Below, piece after piece: positions 26,709 to 36,143 of a DNA stretch of 64,000 nt. The notes beneath the pieces were generated by a model. It was not told the origin of the DNA, ran no database searches, and saw nothing but the letters and a program-made list of their open reading frames with translations. How positions within the stretch are numbered: the stretch's first letter is position 1; every line of letters begins with the position of its first letter. Source of the DNA: an uncultured Gemmatimonadales bacterium. Its GTDB lineage: Bacteria > Gemmatimonadota > Gemmatimonadetes > Gemmatimonadales > GWC2-71-9. The stretch lies in NCBI GenBank assembly GCA_963795085.1, contig CAWCFX010000006.1:576001-640000 (forward strand), read 5' to 3'. The position numbers and the translations under genes were made by a program.

Positions 26709-27605
26709 TCACGTCACCCGGCTCAGCGCATCGCCCGGCCCGAACCAGGCACCGACGGCCTCGCCGGCGGCCCACCCGGTCACGAACAGGGCCAGCAGGG
26801 GGAGCGACCGCACCAGTTCGGCGCGATGGGTCCCCTTTTTCCAGATCCGGCTCACCGTGCGGTAAAACAGCACCGGCGGCAGCGCGCAGGCGGCCAGGCC
26901 ATAGGCGAGCCGGCGAGACAGCGGGGCATCCGCCACCCGGGCCCCGGCGTAGGAGCGGGAATAGAGATAGCGCTGGGAAAAGTATTCCCAGATGGTATAG
27001 TGCTTCTTGTGGCCGACCTTGATGCCCGGCCGGCAGAACAGGGTCACCCCGTCCTCCCGGAGCCGGTCGTGCAGGTGATTCTCCCAACGGCCCTGTTCGG
27101 TCACCGCCCGGTACCGCTCCAGCAGGGACCGGCGATACACGGTGTTGTTCCCGGTGAGCCACTCCGACGGCCCCTCGGGCAGGGGGGGCAGCAGGTGGCT
27201 GTATTCGCAGAGAAACGCGGCCCAGTCCACCGTCCGCTGGGTGGCGGCATTCTCGACCGATCCACCCACCACCTCTTCGCCCCGCTCCTGGGCTTCCAGC
27301 AACTGGCGGGCCCAACCGGGGGGAACCAGGACGTGGTCTTCGATCACGGCCACCGAGCGGCCGGTGGCGACGCCAAACGCCAGGGCGCGGAGATCCGGAA
27401 TCGTAGTACCGGCGGGGGCCTCCAGCAGGCGGGTATCGGGGAAGCGGTTTCTCACCTGGTCCCGGACCGCCTCGCCCACCCGGTCCGCCACCAGGATTTC
27501 CAGGACCGCGTCGGCCCGCTGGTGCTCCAGTGCCGCCAGGCACCCCTCCAGATCACTCCAACCGTTAACCGACGGAACGACGACGGAAAGATCTATGGCC
27601 GTCAT
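26709..27605 (-). CDS. GT2 glycosyltransferase
   Basis: LSVVVPS, VAVIEDH and LTGNNTVY motifs; C-terminal TMs; ATGA coupling. Confidence 0.8.
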   Translation of the reverse strand: MTAIDLSVVVPSVNGWSDLEGCLAALEHQRADAVLEILVADRVGEAVRDQVRNRFPDTRLLEAPAGTTIPDLRALAFGVATGRSVAVIEDHVLVPPGWARQLLEAQERGEEVVGGSVENAATQRTVDWAAFLCEYSHLLPPLPEGPSEWLTGNNTVYRRSLLERYRAVTEQGRWENHLHDRLREDGVTLFCRPGIKVGHKKHYTIWEYFSQRYLYSRSYAGARVADAPLSRRLAYGLAACALPPVLFYRTVSRIWKKGTHRAELVRSLPLLALFVTGWAAGEAVGAWFGPGDALSRVT

Positions 27606-28093
27606 GATGGGGTGGTCGGATCGGGCCGGGGGATCCCCATTGCTGCCAGCCGGTCCCGCCACTCCAGGGGATCGCCGTTCCGGCTGATTCCGGGACCGGG
27701 CCGCAGAATGCCGCCCCGATGCGCCAGTACCTCGGCCCAATCCTGCCCCACCGCCTGCTCATCGTCGGTCAGCGCCACCACGTGGCCCGAGGCTTCACTC
27801 ATGCCAAGCGCAAATAGATCTGCAATCGCAGCCCCCGGAGCAGCCATGACGAACCGGACCCCGCTGAAGGTCCGGGCCAGGTCCGACAACTGTGAAGGTG
27901 TATCCGACCGGGCGACCAGGACCTCGGCTCCAGCGCTCTGCGCCGGGCCCACCATGGCGCGAAGCGCGGCCTCCAGCGCCGCTCGCCCTCCCTTGGAGGC
28001 CACCAGGACCGAGAGCGACGGCGCCGAAACCTTCCGCAGACTGCGGCCGGAAAAGGGGGTCTCGTTGGCCATCGGAACAAATATGACGCTCAT
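27602..28093 (-). CDS. Short GT2-like protein (N-terminal half only)
   Basis: SLSVLVAS...GHVVALTDDE resembles the N-half of the downstream GT2. GGGGGAG RBS before ATG 28093. Confidence 0.6.
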   Translation of the reverse strand: MSVIFVPMANETPFSGRSLRKVSAPSLSVLVASKGGRAALEAALRAMVGPAQSAGAEVLVARSDTPSQLSDLARTFSGVRFVMAAPGAAIADLFALGMSEASGHVVALTDDEQAVGQDWAEVLAHRGGILRPGPGISRNGDPLEWRDRLAAMGIPRPDPTTPS

Positions 28094-28142
28094 CAGGGGC
28101 TCCCCCAAGAATCCAGCCGGAAGTTGCTGGGACACCGTGAAT

Positions 28143-28158
28143 TGCAAGGCAGGTGCCA
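28143..28158 (-). promoter_or_regulatory. sigma-54 promoter
   Basis: TGGCACCTGCCTTGCA, near-consensus, 50 bp upstream of ATG 28093. Confidence 0.85.
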
Positions 28159-28251
28159 GTAACCCATCGGTCAGTGTCCCGATGGTGGCGGCCTACCCCA
28201 ATGGCCTGCCGGTGGTGTGGCGTGGATACCACAGTAGGAAGGATCCGGATG

Positions 28252-29889
28252 CTACAGTGAGGCGTCGTTCTGGCGCTCCGCCTCCTCCTGGGCCAGGCTC
28301 TTCTGGATGTTTGTAAGGTTCTGGCAGGCGTTGTGGGCGATTCCCTCGGGCCGGGCGTGGATGCGGAGCAGGATGGTGCGATAACCAAAATCTTTCACTA
28401 ATTCGAGCCTCGAACACGCGGGCAGCAGGGGCCGGACGATCTCCGCGCCGCCCACGAAGGGAGTCACCAGGATGTACTCGATGCCCTGCCCCTGCACGAA
28501 GCCCAGGACGTCGTCCTTGCCCTTCTGCATGGCCAGGTCCGGATGGAGGACCCGGTGGCCGGTGTAGTAGTAGAAGGTCGCTTCCTTGATCGTCAGAACC
28601 GCTGCCGAGGCGGGGAGCGTGGCCTTGGCGAACCGGGTCGCTTCGAAGAAAGCCAGTCGGTCTTCCTTGAAGCACGCCTTGCTGACCAGGGCCTGGGTCC
28701 GGTCGCATTCCCGCAGTGCGCCGGCAAACTCCCATGCACGGGGAGCGGCGTTCACCGCCAAAGTAAGGGACAGAGCCACGGTCAGAGCCAGCGCCACCCG
28801 GCGTCCCCAGCGAAGGAACATTACCACAAGGCCGAGCATGACGGCCAGGAGCAGCAGCGGCTCCACCGGCATGATGAACCGGGTCATTTTGTACGGGTAC
28901 AGCAGCAGCAGGCCACAATAGGAAAGGAAATAGAACGGCAGGGCGGGCCCTCGACGGCGCAGGGCCCAGAACCCTATGCCTCCGAAAACGAGAAACAGCC
29001 CGAGCCAGAAGGCGTTGTCGACCACGGTGGTATCGATGGTAGGCACCTGGAGCCCGGCCGCAAACGACTTGCCCAGGTACACCTTGACGAAGTTGATGGC
29101 GCGGGTCAGCAGCAACCCGGCTGGCCCCGAGAAGTGCTGCGCGGTGCTGGTGGCGACCGCGGCATAGGACCGCTCCGTGAACTGAAACGGCGCCACCGTG
29201 GTCCAGTAGAGCCACCCCCCGACCGTCAGCGCCGAGACCCCGGCCAGCAGCATGGCCGGCTTGAACCTCCTCTGAAATAGCCAGAGCAGCAGGACTCCTC
29301 CGAGCAACGCGACACCGACGCTCCGAGTGAGCGCGGCGATGATGGCCAGCCCCCCGGCCAGGACGTATTGCCGGGTTCCCGGTGAGAGGCAGGTCAGCAC
29401 CCAGATCGTCGCGATGGAGAAGAACATGTAGGGCGGCTCGGTGGAAATCCGCCCGGCATAGATGAGGAGCGACCGGTTGAGCACGAGCGGCAACAGGACC
29501 AGCACCCCGATCACCGGGCCGGCGAAGCGCCGGGCCAGGTCGAACACCAGCAGCAGTGCCAGCGTCGAGAACAGGATGGTCAGCCCCTGGGCCACATTGA
29601 GGCTGGGGCCCATGACCGCGGCCCCGAGTGCCAGCGCCGCCGGATAGGCCGGCGGGTATTGGGCATGCACCGGGGATCCGATGACATGGAGGTCGAGGTA
29701 CCGGAGGGAGCCCAGCGAACGGGCCAGCAGGAGATACAGGGCATCGTCGTTGGCGGCGGGCGTCACGGCGGGAAGCCGTCCCAGCCAGGCCAGCAGGGCG
29801 TGGGTCAGGAGCAACATGGCGGCGATGACCCAGCAGAGCCGCCGGATCAGCGCATCGGATTCAACCATTACCGGCTCGGATGGAGCCAT
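28252..29889 (-). CDS. ArnT/PMT (GT39/GT83-like) GT-C membrane glycosyltransferase
   Basis: NDDALYLLLARSL, YPPAYP, STEPPY, LTRSVG and RFIMPV motifs; multi-TM. Start moved to 29889 because the ATG at 29970 lies in the promoter pair. Confidence 0.75.
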   Translation of the reverse strand: MAPSEPVMVESDALIRRLCWVIAAMLLLTHALLAWLGRLPAVTPAANDDALYLLLARSLGSLRYLDLHVIGSPVHAQYPPAYPAALALGAAVMGPSLNVAQGLTILFSTLALLLVFDLARRFAGPVIGVLVLLPLVLNRSLLIYAGRISTEPPYMFFSIATIWVLTCLSPGTRQYVLAGGLAIIAALTRSVGVALLGGVLLLWLFQRRFKPAMLLAGVSALTVGGWLYWTTVAPFQFTERSYAAVATSTAQHFSGPAGLLLTRAINFVKVYLGKSFAAGLQVPTIDTTVVDNAFWLGLFLVFGGIGFWALRRRGPALPFYFLSYCGLLLLYPYKMTRFIMPVEPLLLLAVMLGLVVMFLRWGRRVALALTVALSLTLAVNAAPRAWEFAGALRECDRTQALVSKACFKEDRLAFFEATRFAKATLPASAAVLTIKEATFYYYTGHRVLHPDLAMQKGKDDVLGFVQGQGIEYILVTPFVGGAEIVRPLLPACSRLELVKDFGYRTILLRIHARPEGIAHNACQNLTNIQKSLAQEEAERQNDASL

Positions 29890-29953
29890 GGTGCCCCCGT
29901 GGAGGTATGCCCGGCGCTCAAAACGCTGTGGAGGAGACGAACCTGCATCGATA

Positions 29954-29969
29954 TGCAACAGCCGCGCCA
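29954..29969 (-). promoter_or_regulatory. sigma-54 promoter (leftward member of a back-to-back pair)
   Basis: TGGCGCGGCTGTTGCA on the minus strand; GG-N10-GC. Confidence 0.7.
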
Positions 29970-29985
29970 TGGCCCCCGTCTTGCG
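29970..29985 (+). promoter_or_regulatory. sigma-54 promoter (rightward member of a back-to-back pair)
   Basis: TGGCCCCCGTCTTGCG; GG-N10-GC. Confidence 0.65.
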
Positions 29986-30047
29986 ACTAGTCCGCTGCGG
30001 GGAAACCTTCTACACTCGCCCTCCCCCGGCCCTCGAACCCTGGCGGC

Positions 30048-31790
30048 ATGACGACCCAGATCCTACCCCCGGCGCGCCACCTGCTCACGATCGGCCTGGA
30101 AGACTACTACCAGGTCGGGGCCTTCGACGCGCTGATCCATCCGGAGCAGTGGTACCGCTTCGAGGACCGGCTGGAGCGGAGCACCCGCCGGACGCTGGAT
30201 CTGCTGGACGAGTTCGGCCTGAGGGCCACCTTCTTCGTGCTGGGCTGGACCGCTGAGAAGCTTCCGGATCTGGTGCGGGAGGTGGCCGAGCGGGGCCACG
30301 AGATCGCCTGCCGGGGGTACTACCATCGCGGTATACGAACCATGGCGCCGGCCGAGTTCCGGGAGGACGTGCTGCGCGCCCGGGATACGCTGGAGCGGGC
30401 TGCCGGAACGCGTGTGCTGGGATACCGGGTCGCGAACGGCTGGTTCGACCGATCCGATCTCTGGGCCCTCGACGTGCTGGCCAGCGAGGGGTTCGAGTAC
30501 GATTCCAGCCTGGCGCCGTTCGGGCGCCAGTACGCCGCCGAGCCGTGGCGCCGCTTCGTGCACTCCCATCATTTTGGAGACCGGGTATTGTGGGAGTTCC
30601 CCATCTCCACCGCCCAGCTGCTGGGACAGATGATCCCGGTGGCCGGAGGCAATTACCTCCGCCAGCTGCCCCACTGGTTCGTGGCCGGGGCCATCGCCCG
30701 GTGGGACCGGCAGTTCACGGCCCCCCTCGTCTTCTACTTCCACACCTGGGAACTGGATCCCGGCCAGCCCCGGATCAGCGCGGCACCCTGGCTGGCCCGG
30801 CTGCGCCACTACCGCCATCTCGACCGGATGGAGCAGCTGCTTCGGTACTACTTCGCCCGCTACCGGATGACCGGGGTGGCCGAGCACCTGGGGTTGAGCA
30901 CTGCCCTGGCCCGCACCCCCAGCGTGTCGGATCCCGCGGCGCGGAAGCCGGCGGTTCCGGCGCCCATCCTCGTGCCGGAGGACCGGCAGCGCATCCCGGT
31001 CACCGTGGTCATTCCCTGCTACAACGAGGAGCTGGTCCTCCCCTACCTCGCCAACACCCTGGCACGGGTGCAGGGCGTGCTCGGGGACCGCTACGAGTTG
31101 CGATTCACGTTCGTGGACGACCGGAGCACCGATACCACCTGGCCGGCCCTGCACCAGGTCTTCGGGGACGCGGCCAACGTCACCATCCTCCGCCACGAGC
31201 GGAACCAGGGCGTCGCCGCCGCCATCATGACCGGCCTCGACCATGCCACCACCGAAATCGTCTGTTCGATGGACTGCGACTGCACCTACGATCCGCACCT
31301 GCTGGGAGAGATGATTCCGCTGCTGGACGAGGCGGAACTGGTGACCGCCTCCCCGTATCATCCCCAGGGAGCCGTGCGTAACGTCCCCGAATGGCGGCTG
31401 CTGTTGTCCCGCCAACTCTCCCGTCTGTACCGGCTGGTCCTGGGGCGGAAGCTTCATACCTGGACCAGTTGTTTCCGGGTGTACCGCCGGAGTTCCGCCG
31501 TTGGCCTCCGGCTCACCCGGAGCGGTTTTCTGGGCGTGGCCGAAACGATGGCCATCCTGGTGCTGCGCGGTTCCCGGGTGGTGGAGTATCCCGCCACGCT
31601 CGACGTGCGCATCCTGGGACGCTCCAAGATGAAGATCTTCCGCACCGTGCTGGGACACCTCCGGCTGCTCGCCGGCCTGGCGGTGCGGCGTCTCGCCGGG
31701 CGGACCGGGGTCGTTGCTGCGGCGCCGGGAGTCCGGCCCGCACCGGACCGGCAGGAGACGCCGGCGCCATATACCGACACCCTCCGTTAG
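30048..31790 (+). CDS. Fusion of an XrtA-type polysaccharide deacetylase (DUF3473-containing) and a DPM-like GT2
   Basis: N-half LEDYYQVGAF, ATFFVLGW, AGGNYLR, FYFHTWELDPGQPR. C-half VVIPCYNEE, VDDRSTD, MDCDCTYDP, ASPYHP. Confidence 0.85.
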   Translation: MTTQILPPARHLLTIGLEDYYQVGAFDALIHPEQWYRFEDRLERSTRRTLDLLDEFGLRATFFVLGWTAEKLPDLVREVAERGHEIACRGYYHRGIRTMAPAEFREDVLRARDTLERAAGTRVLGYRVANGWFDRSDLWALDVLASEGFEYDSSLAPFGRQYAAEPWRRFVHSHHFGDRVLWEFPISTAQLLGQMIPVAGGNYLRQLPHWFVAGAIARWDRQFTAPLVFYFHTWELDPGQPRISAAPWLARLRHYRHLDRMEQLLRYYFARYRMTGVAEHLGLSTALARTPSVSDPAARKPAVPAPILVPEDRQRIPVTVVIPCYNEELVLPYLANTLARVQGVLGDRYELRFTFVDDRSTDTTWPALHQVFGDAANVTILRHERNQGVAAAIMTGLDHATTEIVCSMDCDCTYDPHLLGEMIPLLDEAELVTASPYHPQGAVRNVPEWRLLLSRQLSRLYRLVLGRKLHTWTSCFRVYRRSSAVGLRLTRSGFLGVAETMAILVLRGSRVVEYPATLDVRILGRSKMKIFRTVLGHLRLLAGLAVRRLAGRTGVVAAAPGVRPAPDRQETPAPYTDTLR

Positions 31791-31793
31791 CCG

Positions 31794-33131
31794 ATGGGCA
31801 CCATCGGGATCGTCGGCGGCGGAATGCTGGGCATGGCCCTGGCCCTCCGGCTTACCCGCCAGGGCCGCCAGGTCACCATCCTCGAGGCCGGCAATGCCCC
31901 GGGCGGTTTGGCCGCTCCGGCCCGCATCGGTGCATTCACCTGGGACCGCTTCTACCATGTGACCCTGCTCTCGGACCACGCGCTCCGGGAGTTGCTGCGC
32001 GAGATCGGCCTGGAGACTCAGCTGCGGTGGGGTGTGACCCGCACCGGGGTGTATGGCGAGGGGCGGTTGCATTCGGTGTCCACCTCGCTCGAGTTTCTGC
32101 GTTTTCCACTCCTCTCGCCGATCGACAAGCTCCGGCTGGCCGGTACCATCCTGTACGCCTCGCGGATCCGGGACGGGCGGCCCCTGGAAGCCGTCCTGGC
32201 CACCGAATGGCTGGAACGGCTCTCCGGGCGCCGCACCTTCGAACGGCTCTGGCTGCCGCTGCTCAAGAGCAAGCTGGGAGACAACTACCGGATCGCGAGC
32301 GCCTCCTTCATCTGGGCCATCATTGCCCGCATGTACGGCGCCCGGCGCTCCGGGCTCAAACGCGAGATGTTCGGCTACGTCGAAGGAGGATACGATGCCG
32401 TGCTCACCCGGCTGGTGTCCCATCTCGAGTCCCTGGGCGTGGGCTTCCGGCTGGGCGTGCGGGCCGGCGCCGTACACAGCACCGGCGCCGGCGCGGCGGT
32501 CACGGCCGCGGACGGCACGGTCCACGAGTTCGACGATGTCATCCTCACGGTGCCCTGTTCCCGGATTCCCGCCATGGTGCCGGACCTCACCCCCGCGGAG
32601 CGGGACCGGCTGGCCCGGGTCCGCTACCAGGGTGTGCTCTCCGCTTCGCTCCTGCTGCGCCGGCCCCTGGGCGGCTGCTACGTCACCAACATCACCGACC
32701 CTGGCTTCCCCTTTACCGCCATCATCGAGATGACCGCCCTGGTGGACCGCGCGCGGTTCGGCGGCAACACCCTGGTGTACCTCCCCCGCTACCTCGCCCA
32801 GGACGACGACTACTGGAACCGCCCCGATGCCGCGGTGCGGGAAGACTTCCTGCAGGCCCTGGAGCGGATGTACCCCGATCTCCGGCGGGACGATGTGCTG
32901 GCTTTTGAAGTCGCCCGGGTCCGCGAGGTGCTGGCCGTCCCCACGCTCAACTACTCCGCCGAGTCATTGCCCGCGACGACCACGTCGGTGGACCATGTCT
33001 TCGTGGTCAATGGAGCCCAGATCGTCAACGGGACTCTCAACGTGAACGAGACCGTCGGGCTGGCGGCTCGCCAGGCCCGCGACCTCGCGGCTTGCCTCCA
33101 CAGCGGGCAGTTGGCGCCGAGCCGGTCGTGA
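31794..33131 (+). CDS. NAD(P)/FAD-dependent oxidoreductase (HemY-like, glycan-cluster type)
   Basis: IVGGGMLG, WDRFYH, PLLKSKLG and GYVEGGY motifs. Confidence 0.85.
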   Translation: MGTIGIVGGGMLGMALALRLTRQGRQVTILEAGNAPGGLAAPARIGAFTWDRFYHVTLLSDHALRELLREIGLETQLRWGVTRTGVYGEGRLHSVSTSLEFLRFPLLSPIDKLRLAGTILYASRIRDGRPLEAVLATEWLERLSGRRTFERLWLPLLKSKLGDNYRIASASFIWAIIARMYGARRSGLKREMFGYVEGGYDAVLTRLVSHLESLGVGFRLGVRAGAVHSTGAGAAVTAADGTVHEFDDVILTVPCSRIPAMVPDLTPAERDRLARVRYQGVLSASLLLRRPLGGCYVTNITDPGFPFTAIIEMTALVDRARFGGNTLVYLPRYLAQDDDYWNRPDAAVREDFLQALERMYPDLRRDDVLAFEVARVREVLAVPTLNYSAESLPATTTSVDHVFVVNGAQIVNGTLNVNETVGLAARQARDLAACLHSGQLAPSRS

Positions 33132-34117
33132 GCGAGACCCGGCGGATGGCCAGCATCTCGCTCGACATGGACAACCTCTGGTCCTATCTCAAGACCCACG
33201 GCGATCCCGGGTGGGCAACCCGGCCCGGCTACCTCGAGCGGCTGGTGCCCCGCGCCCTCGCGGCCCTGGAGCGCTCGCGGGTTCGCTGCACCTTCTTCAT
33301 CGTGGGGGTGGATGCCCGGCGGCACGCCGCCGACGGCCTGCTCAGAACCCTGGTGCAGGCGGGCCACTCCGTGGGCAACCACTCGCACGAACACGAGCCC
33401 TGGCTGCATCGTTACGACCGCGGGCAGCTGGAATTCGAAATCGTGGAGGCCGAGGAGGCCATCGAGGCCGCCACTGGTGTCCGGCCCACCGGATTCCGCG
33501 GCCCCGGGTACAGCTGGAGCCCCGACCTGCTGGAACTGCTGGCGTCCCGCGGCTACCGCTATGACAGCTCGACCCTGCCCACCTTTCTCGGGCCGGCTGC
33601 CCGGGCCTACTATTTCTGGACCGCGCGGCTGAGCCGTGAAGAGCGGGCGCAGCGGAAAGCTCTTTTTGGCACCTTCCGGGACGGCCTCCGTCCCAATCGT
33701 CCCTATCACTGGCAGTTCGCCGGGGACGCCACGCTCCTGGAGATCCCGGTGACGGTGTTTCCGGTGGCCCGGGCTCCGTTTCACCTGAGCTATCTGTTGT
33801 ACCTGAGCCGGTGGAGCGAGGCCCTGATGGAGACGTATTTCCGGGCCGCCCTCCGGGCCTGCCGGCTGGCCCGGATCGAGCCGACCTTCCTGCTCCACCC
33901 GCTGGACCTCCTGGGCGGCGACGAAGTACCCGAACTGGGCTTTTTCCCAGGCATGGAGATCACCTCGGAGCGGAAAACCCAACTGTTCGAGCGGGCCCTG
34001 GCCATTCTGGGCGAGCACTTCACGGTGGTGGACCTGGCCAGCCACGCGGAGGCCATTCTGCAGGCCCGCGGGGTCGGGCGCCGGGAGTGCCGGGTCCGGT
34101 TCGCGACCAGCGACTAG
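33128..34117 (+). CDS. Polysaccharide deacetylase
   Basis: SLDMDN, TFFIVG, GNHSHEH, GFRGPGY, YDSS and LLHPLD motifs; GTGA coupling. Confidence 0.85.
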   Translation: MSETRRMASISLDMDNLWSYLKTHGDPGWATRPGYLERLVPRALAALERSRVRCTFFIVGVDARRHAADGLLRTLVQAGHSVGNHSHEHEPWLHRYDRGQLEFEIVEAEEAIEAATGVRPTGFRGPGYSWSPDLLELLASRGYRYDSSTLPTFLGPAARAYYFWTARLSREERAQRKALFGTFRDGLRPNRPYHWQFAGDATLLEIPVTVFPVARAPFHLSYLLYLSRWSEALMETYFRAALRACRLARIEPTFLLHPLDLLGGDEVPELGFFPGMEITSERKTQLFERALAILGEHFTVVDLASHAEAILQARGVGRRECRVRFATSD

Positions 34118-34152
34118 CCATGTCAGTCATGTACCACTAGCCCTCAGCCACC

Positions 34153-36057
34153 ATGTGCGGCATTACCGGCATCATTCACTTCGACGGCCAGCCTGCAGAC
34201 GCGGACCAGCTCCGCGCCATGGGCGCGGTCATGCGCCACCGTGGTCCGGACGATGAGGGCATCCAGCTCATGGGTTCGGTGGGGTTTCACCATCGCCGGC
34301 TTTCGATCATCGACCTGGCGACCGGGCAGCAGCCGATGACCTCGGGCCCCGCCACGATCATCTACAACGGCGAGGTCTACAACTACGTTGAGCTGCGGAA
34401 GGAACTGGAGGGGCTGGGACGCCGGTTCGCGACCGCCTCCGATACCGAGGTCATCCTCCAGTCCTATCTCGAGTGGGGGCCGGAGTGCGTCCGCCGCTTC
34501 AACGGCATGTTCGCCTTCCTGATCCACGACCGGGCCCAGCGGCGGGTGGTGGCCGCGCGAGACCACTTCGGGATCAAGCCGCTTTACCTTCACCGCTCCC
34601 CCCACACCCTGCTGGTGGCCTCCGAGATCAAGGCCCTGCTCCAGCATCCGGCCGTCGCCCGCGGCCTGGACCCCGAGGCGCTCCGGGACTACCTCACGTT
34701 CCAGTTCGTGCTGGGCGAGCAGACGCTCTTCACCGGGATCCACAAACTGGCCCCGGCCCACTACATGGTCATCCAGCTCGACAGTGGTGAGAGCACCACG
34801 GTCCGCTACTGGGAACCCTCCTTCGAGGTGGACCGGGGGCGCACCCGGGAAGGGTTCGCCGACGAGTTGCGCTGGCTGCTGGAGGACAGCATTCGCCTGC
34901 AGATGCGAAGTGACGTCCCGGTGGGTGGGTATCTCAGCGGCGGGATGGACTCCAGCCTGGTGACGGTCCTCGCCAGCCGGATCGCGCCGGACGGCTACCG
35001 GAGTTACACCGGGGCCTTCCGGGAGGGCGCCGAGTTCGACGAAACCCGGTGGGCGCGCGAGGTGGCCCGGGTCAGCGGGTCAGAATTGCACGAGGTGTAT
35101 CCCACCGCGGACGAGTTCATGGCCCTCATACCCCGGCTCATCTATTACATGGATGAACCGGTTGCCGGACCGGGGCTCTTTCCCCAGTACATGGTCACGG
35201 CCCGGGGCGCCCGCGAGGTCAAGGTGCTGCTGGGCGGCCAGGGCGGTGACGAGGTTTTCGGCGGCTATGCCCGGTACGTGGTGGCCTACCTCGAGCAGGC
35301 GCTCAAGGGCGCCATCTTCGAGAACAACGAAGAGGGGGAGCATATCGTCTCGCTGCAGTCTATCCTGCCCAACCTGCCATACCTCCAGGCCTACGTCCCC
35401 ATGATGGAGCAGTTCTGGCGGCAGGGCCTGTTCGCGCCCATGGACCAGCGATATTTCCGCCTGATCGACCGGCTGGGAGGCGCCATCGGCCTCTTCACCG
35501 GGGAGTTCCGGGACTCGTTCGACCAGGACGGCATTTTTCAGCGGTTCCAGCAGGTATTCAACCGTCCCGGGACGCTGTCCTATTACAACCGGATGACCAA
35601 TTTTGACCTGGAGACCAGCCTGCCGGCGCTGCTCCATGTCGAGGACCGGGTCAGCATGGCCAACTCGGTCGAATCGCGGGTGCCCCTCCTCGACCGCCGC
35701 ATCGTGGACCTGGTCGCCTCCGTTCCGCCCGGGCTCAAGTTCCAGGGCGGCGAGATGAAATACATCCTGAAACAGTCGGTCCGGGACCTGCTGCCGGCGA
35801 GCGTGATGGAACGGAAAGACAAGATGGGATTTCCGGTCCCCCTGCACCTCTGGGCCAGGGGTCCCTGCCGCGACTTCTTCCGCGATCACCTGCTGGACCG
35901 GCGGGCCCGGGAACGGGGCATCTTCGATCCGGCCGAAGTGGAGAAGCTGATGACCTACGAGCGCCCGTTCAGCCGCCAGCTCTGGGGCATGCTCTGCCTC
36001 GAGCTGTGGCACCGGGAGTTCCTGGACAGCCCCCAGCCACCGGCCATCCGCCATTAG
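34153..36057 (+). CDS. asnB: Asparagine synthase (glutamine-hydrolysing)-like amidotransferase
   Basis: MCGITG, HRGPDD, RRLSIID, NGEVYN, RDHFGIKPLY, LSGGMDSS and GQGGDEVFGGY motifs. Confidence 0.95.
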   Translation: MCGITGIIHFDGQPADADQLRAMGAVMRHRGPDDEGIQLMGSVGFHHRRLSIIDLATGQQPMTSGPATIIYNGEVYNYVELRKELEGLGRRFATASDTEVILQSYLEWGPECVRRFNGMFAFLIHDRAQRRVVAARDHFGIKPLYLHRSPHTLLVASEIKALLQHPAVARGLDPEALRDYLTFQFVLGEQTLFTGIHKLAPAHYMVIQLDSGESTTVRYWEPSFEVDRGRTREGFADELRWLLEDSIRLQMRSDVPVGGYLSGGMDSSLVTVLASRIAPDGYRSYTGAFREGAEFDETRWAREVARVSGSELHEVYPTADEFMALIPRLIYYMDEPVAGPGLFPQYMVTARGAREVKVLLGGQGGDEVFGGYARYVVAYLEQALKGAIFENNEEGEHIVSLQSILPNLPYLQAYVPMMEQFWRQGLFAPMDQRYFRLIDRLGGAIGLFTGEFRDSFDQDGIFQRFQQVFNRPGTLSYYNRMTNFDLETSLPALLHVEDRVSMANSVESRVPLLDRRIVDLVASVPPGLKFQGGEMKYILKQSVRDLLPASVMERKDKMGFPVPLHLWARGPCRDFFRDHLLDRRARERGIFDPAEVEKLMTYERPFSRQLWGMLCLELWHREFLDSPQPPAIRH

Positions 36058-36143
36058 CCATGGGCCATGGGCCCCTCGCCACTGGGTCGAGGGCCATCGA
36101 TCCAGATCGCAATCATCAATCATCAACGACTGGCCGCCATTCC

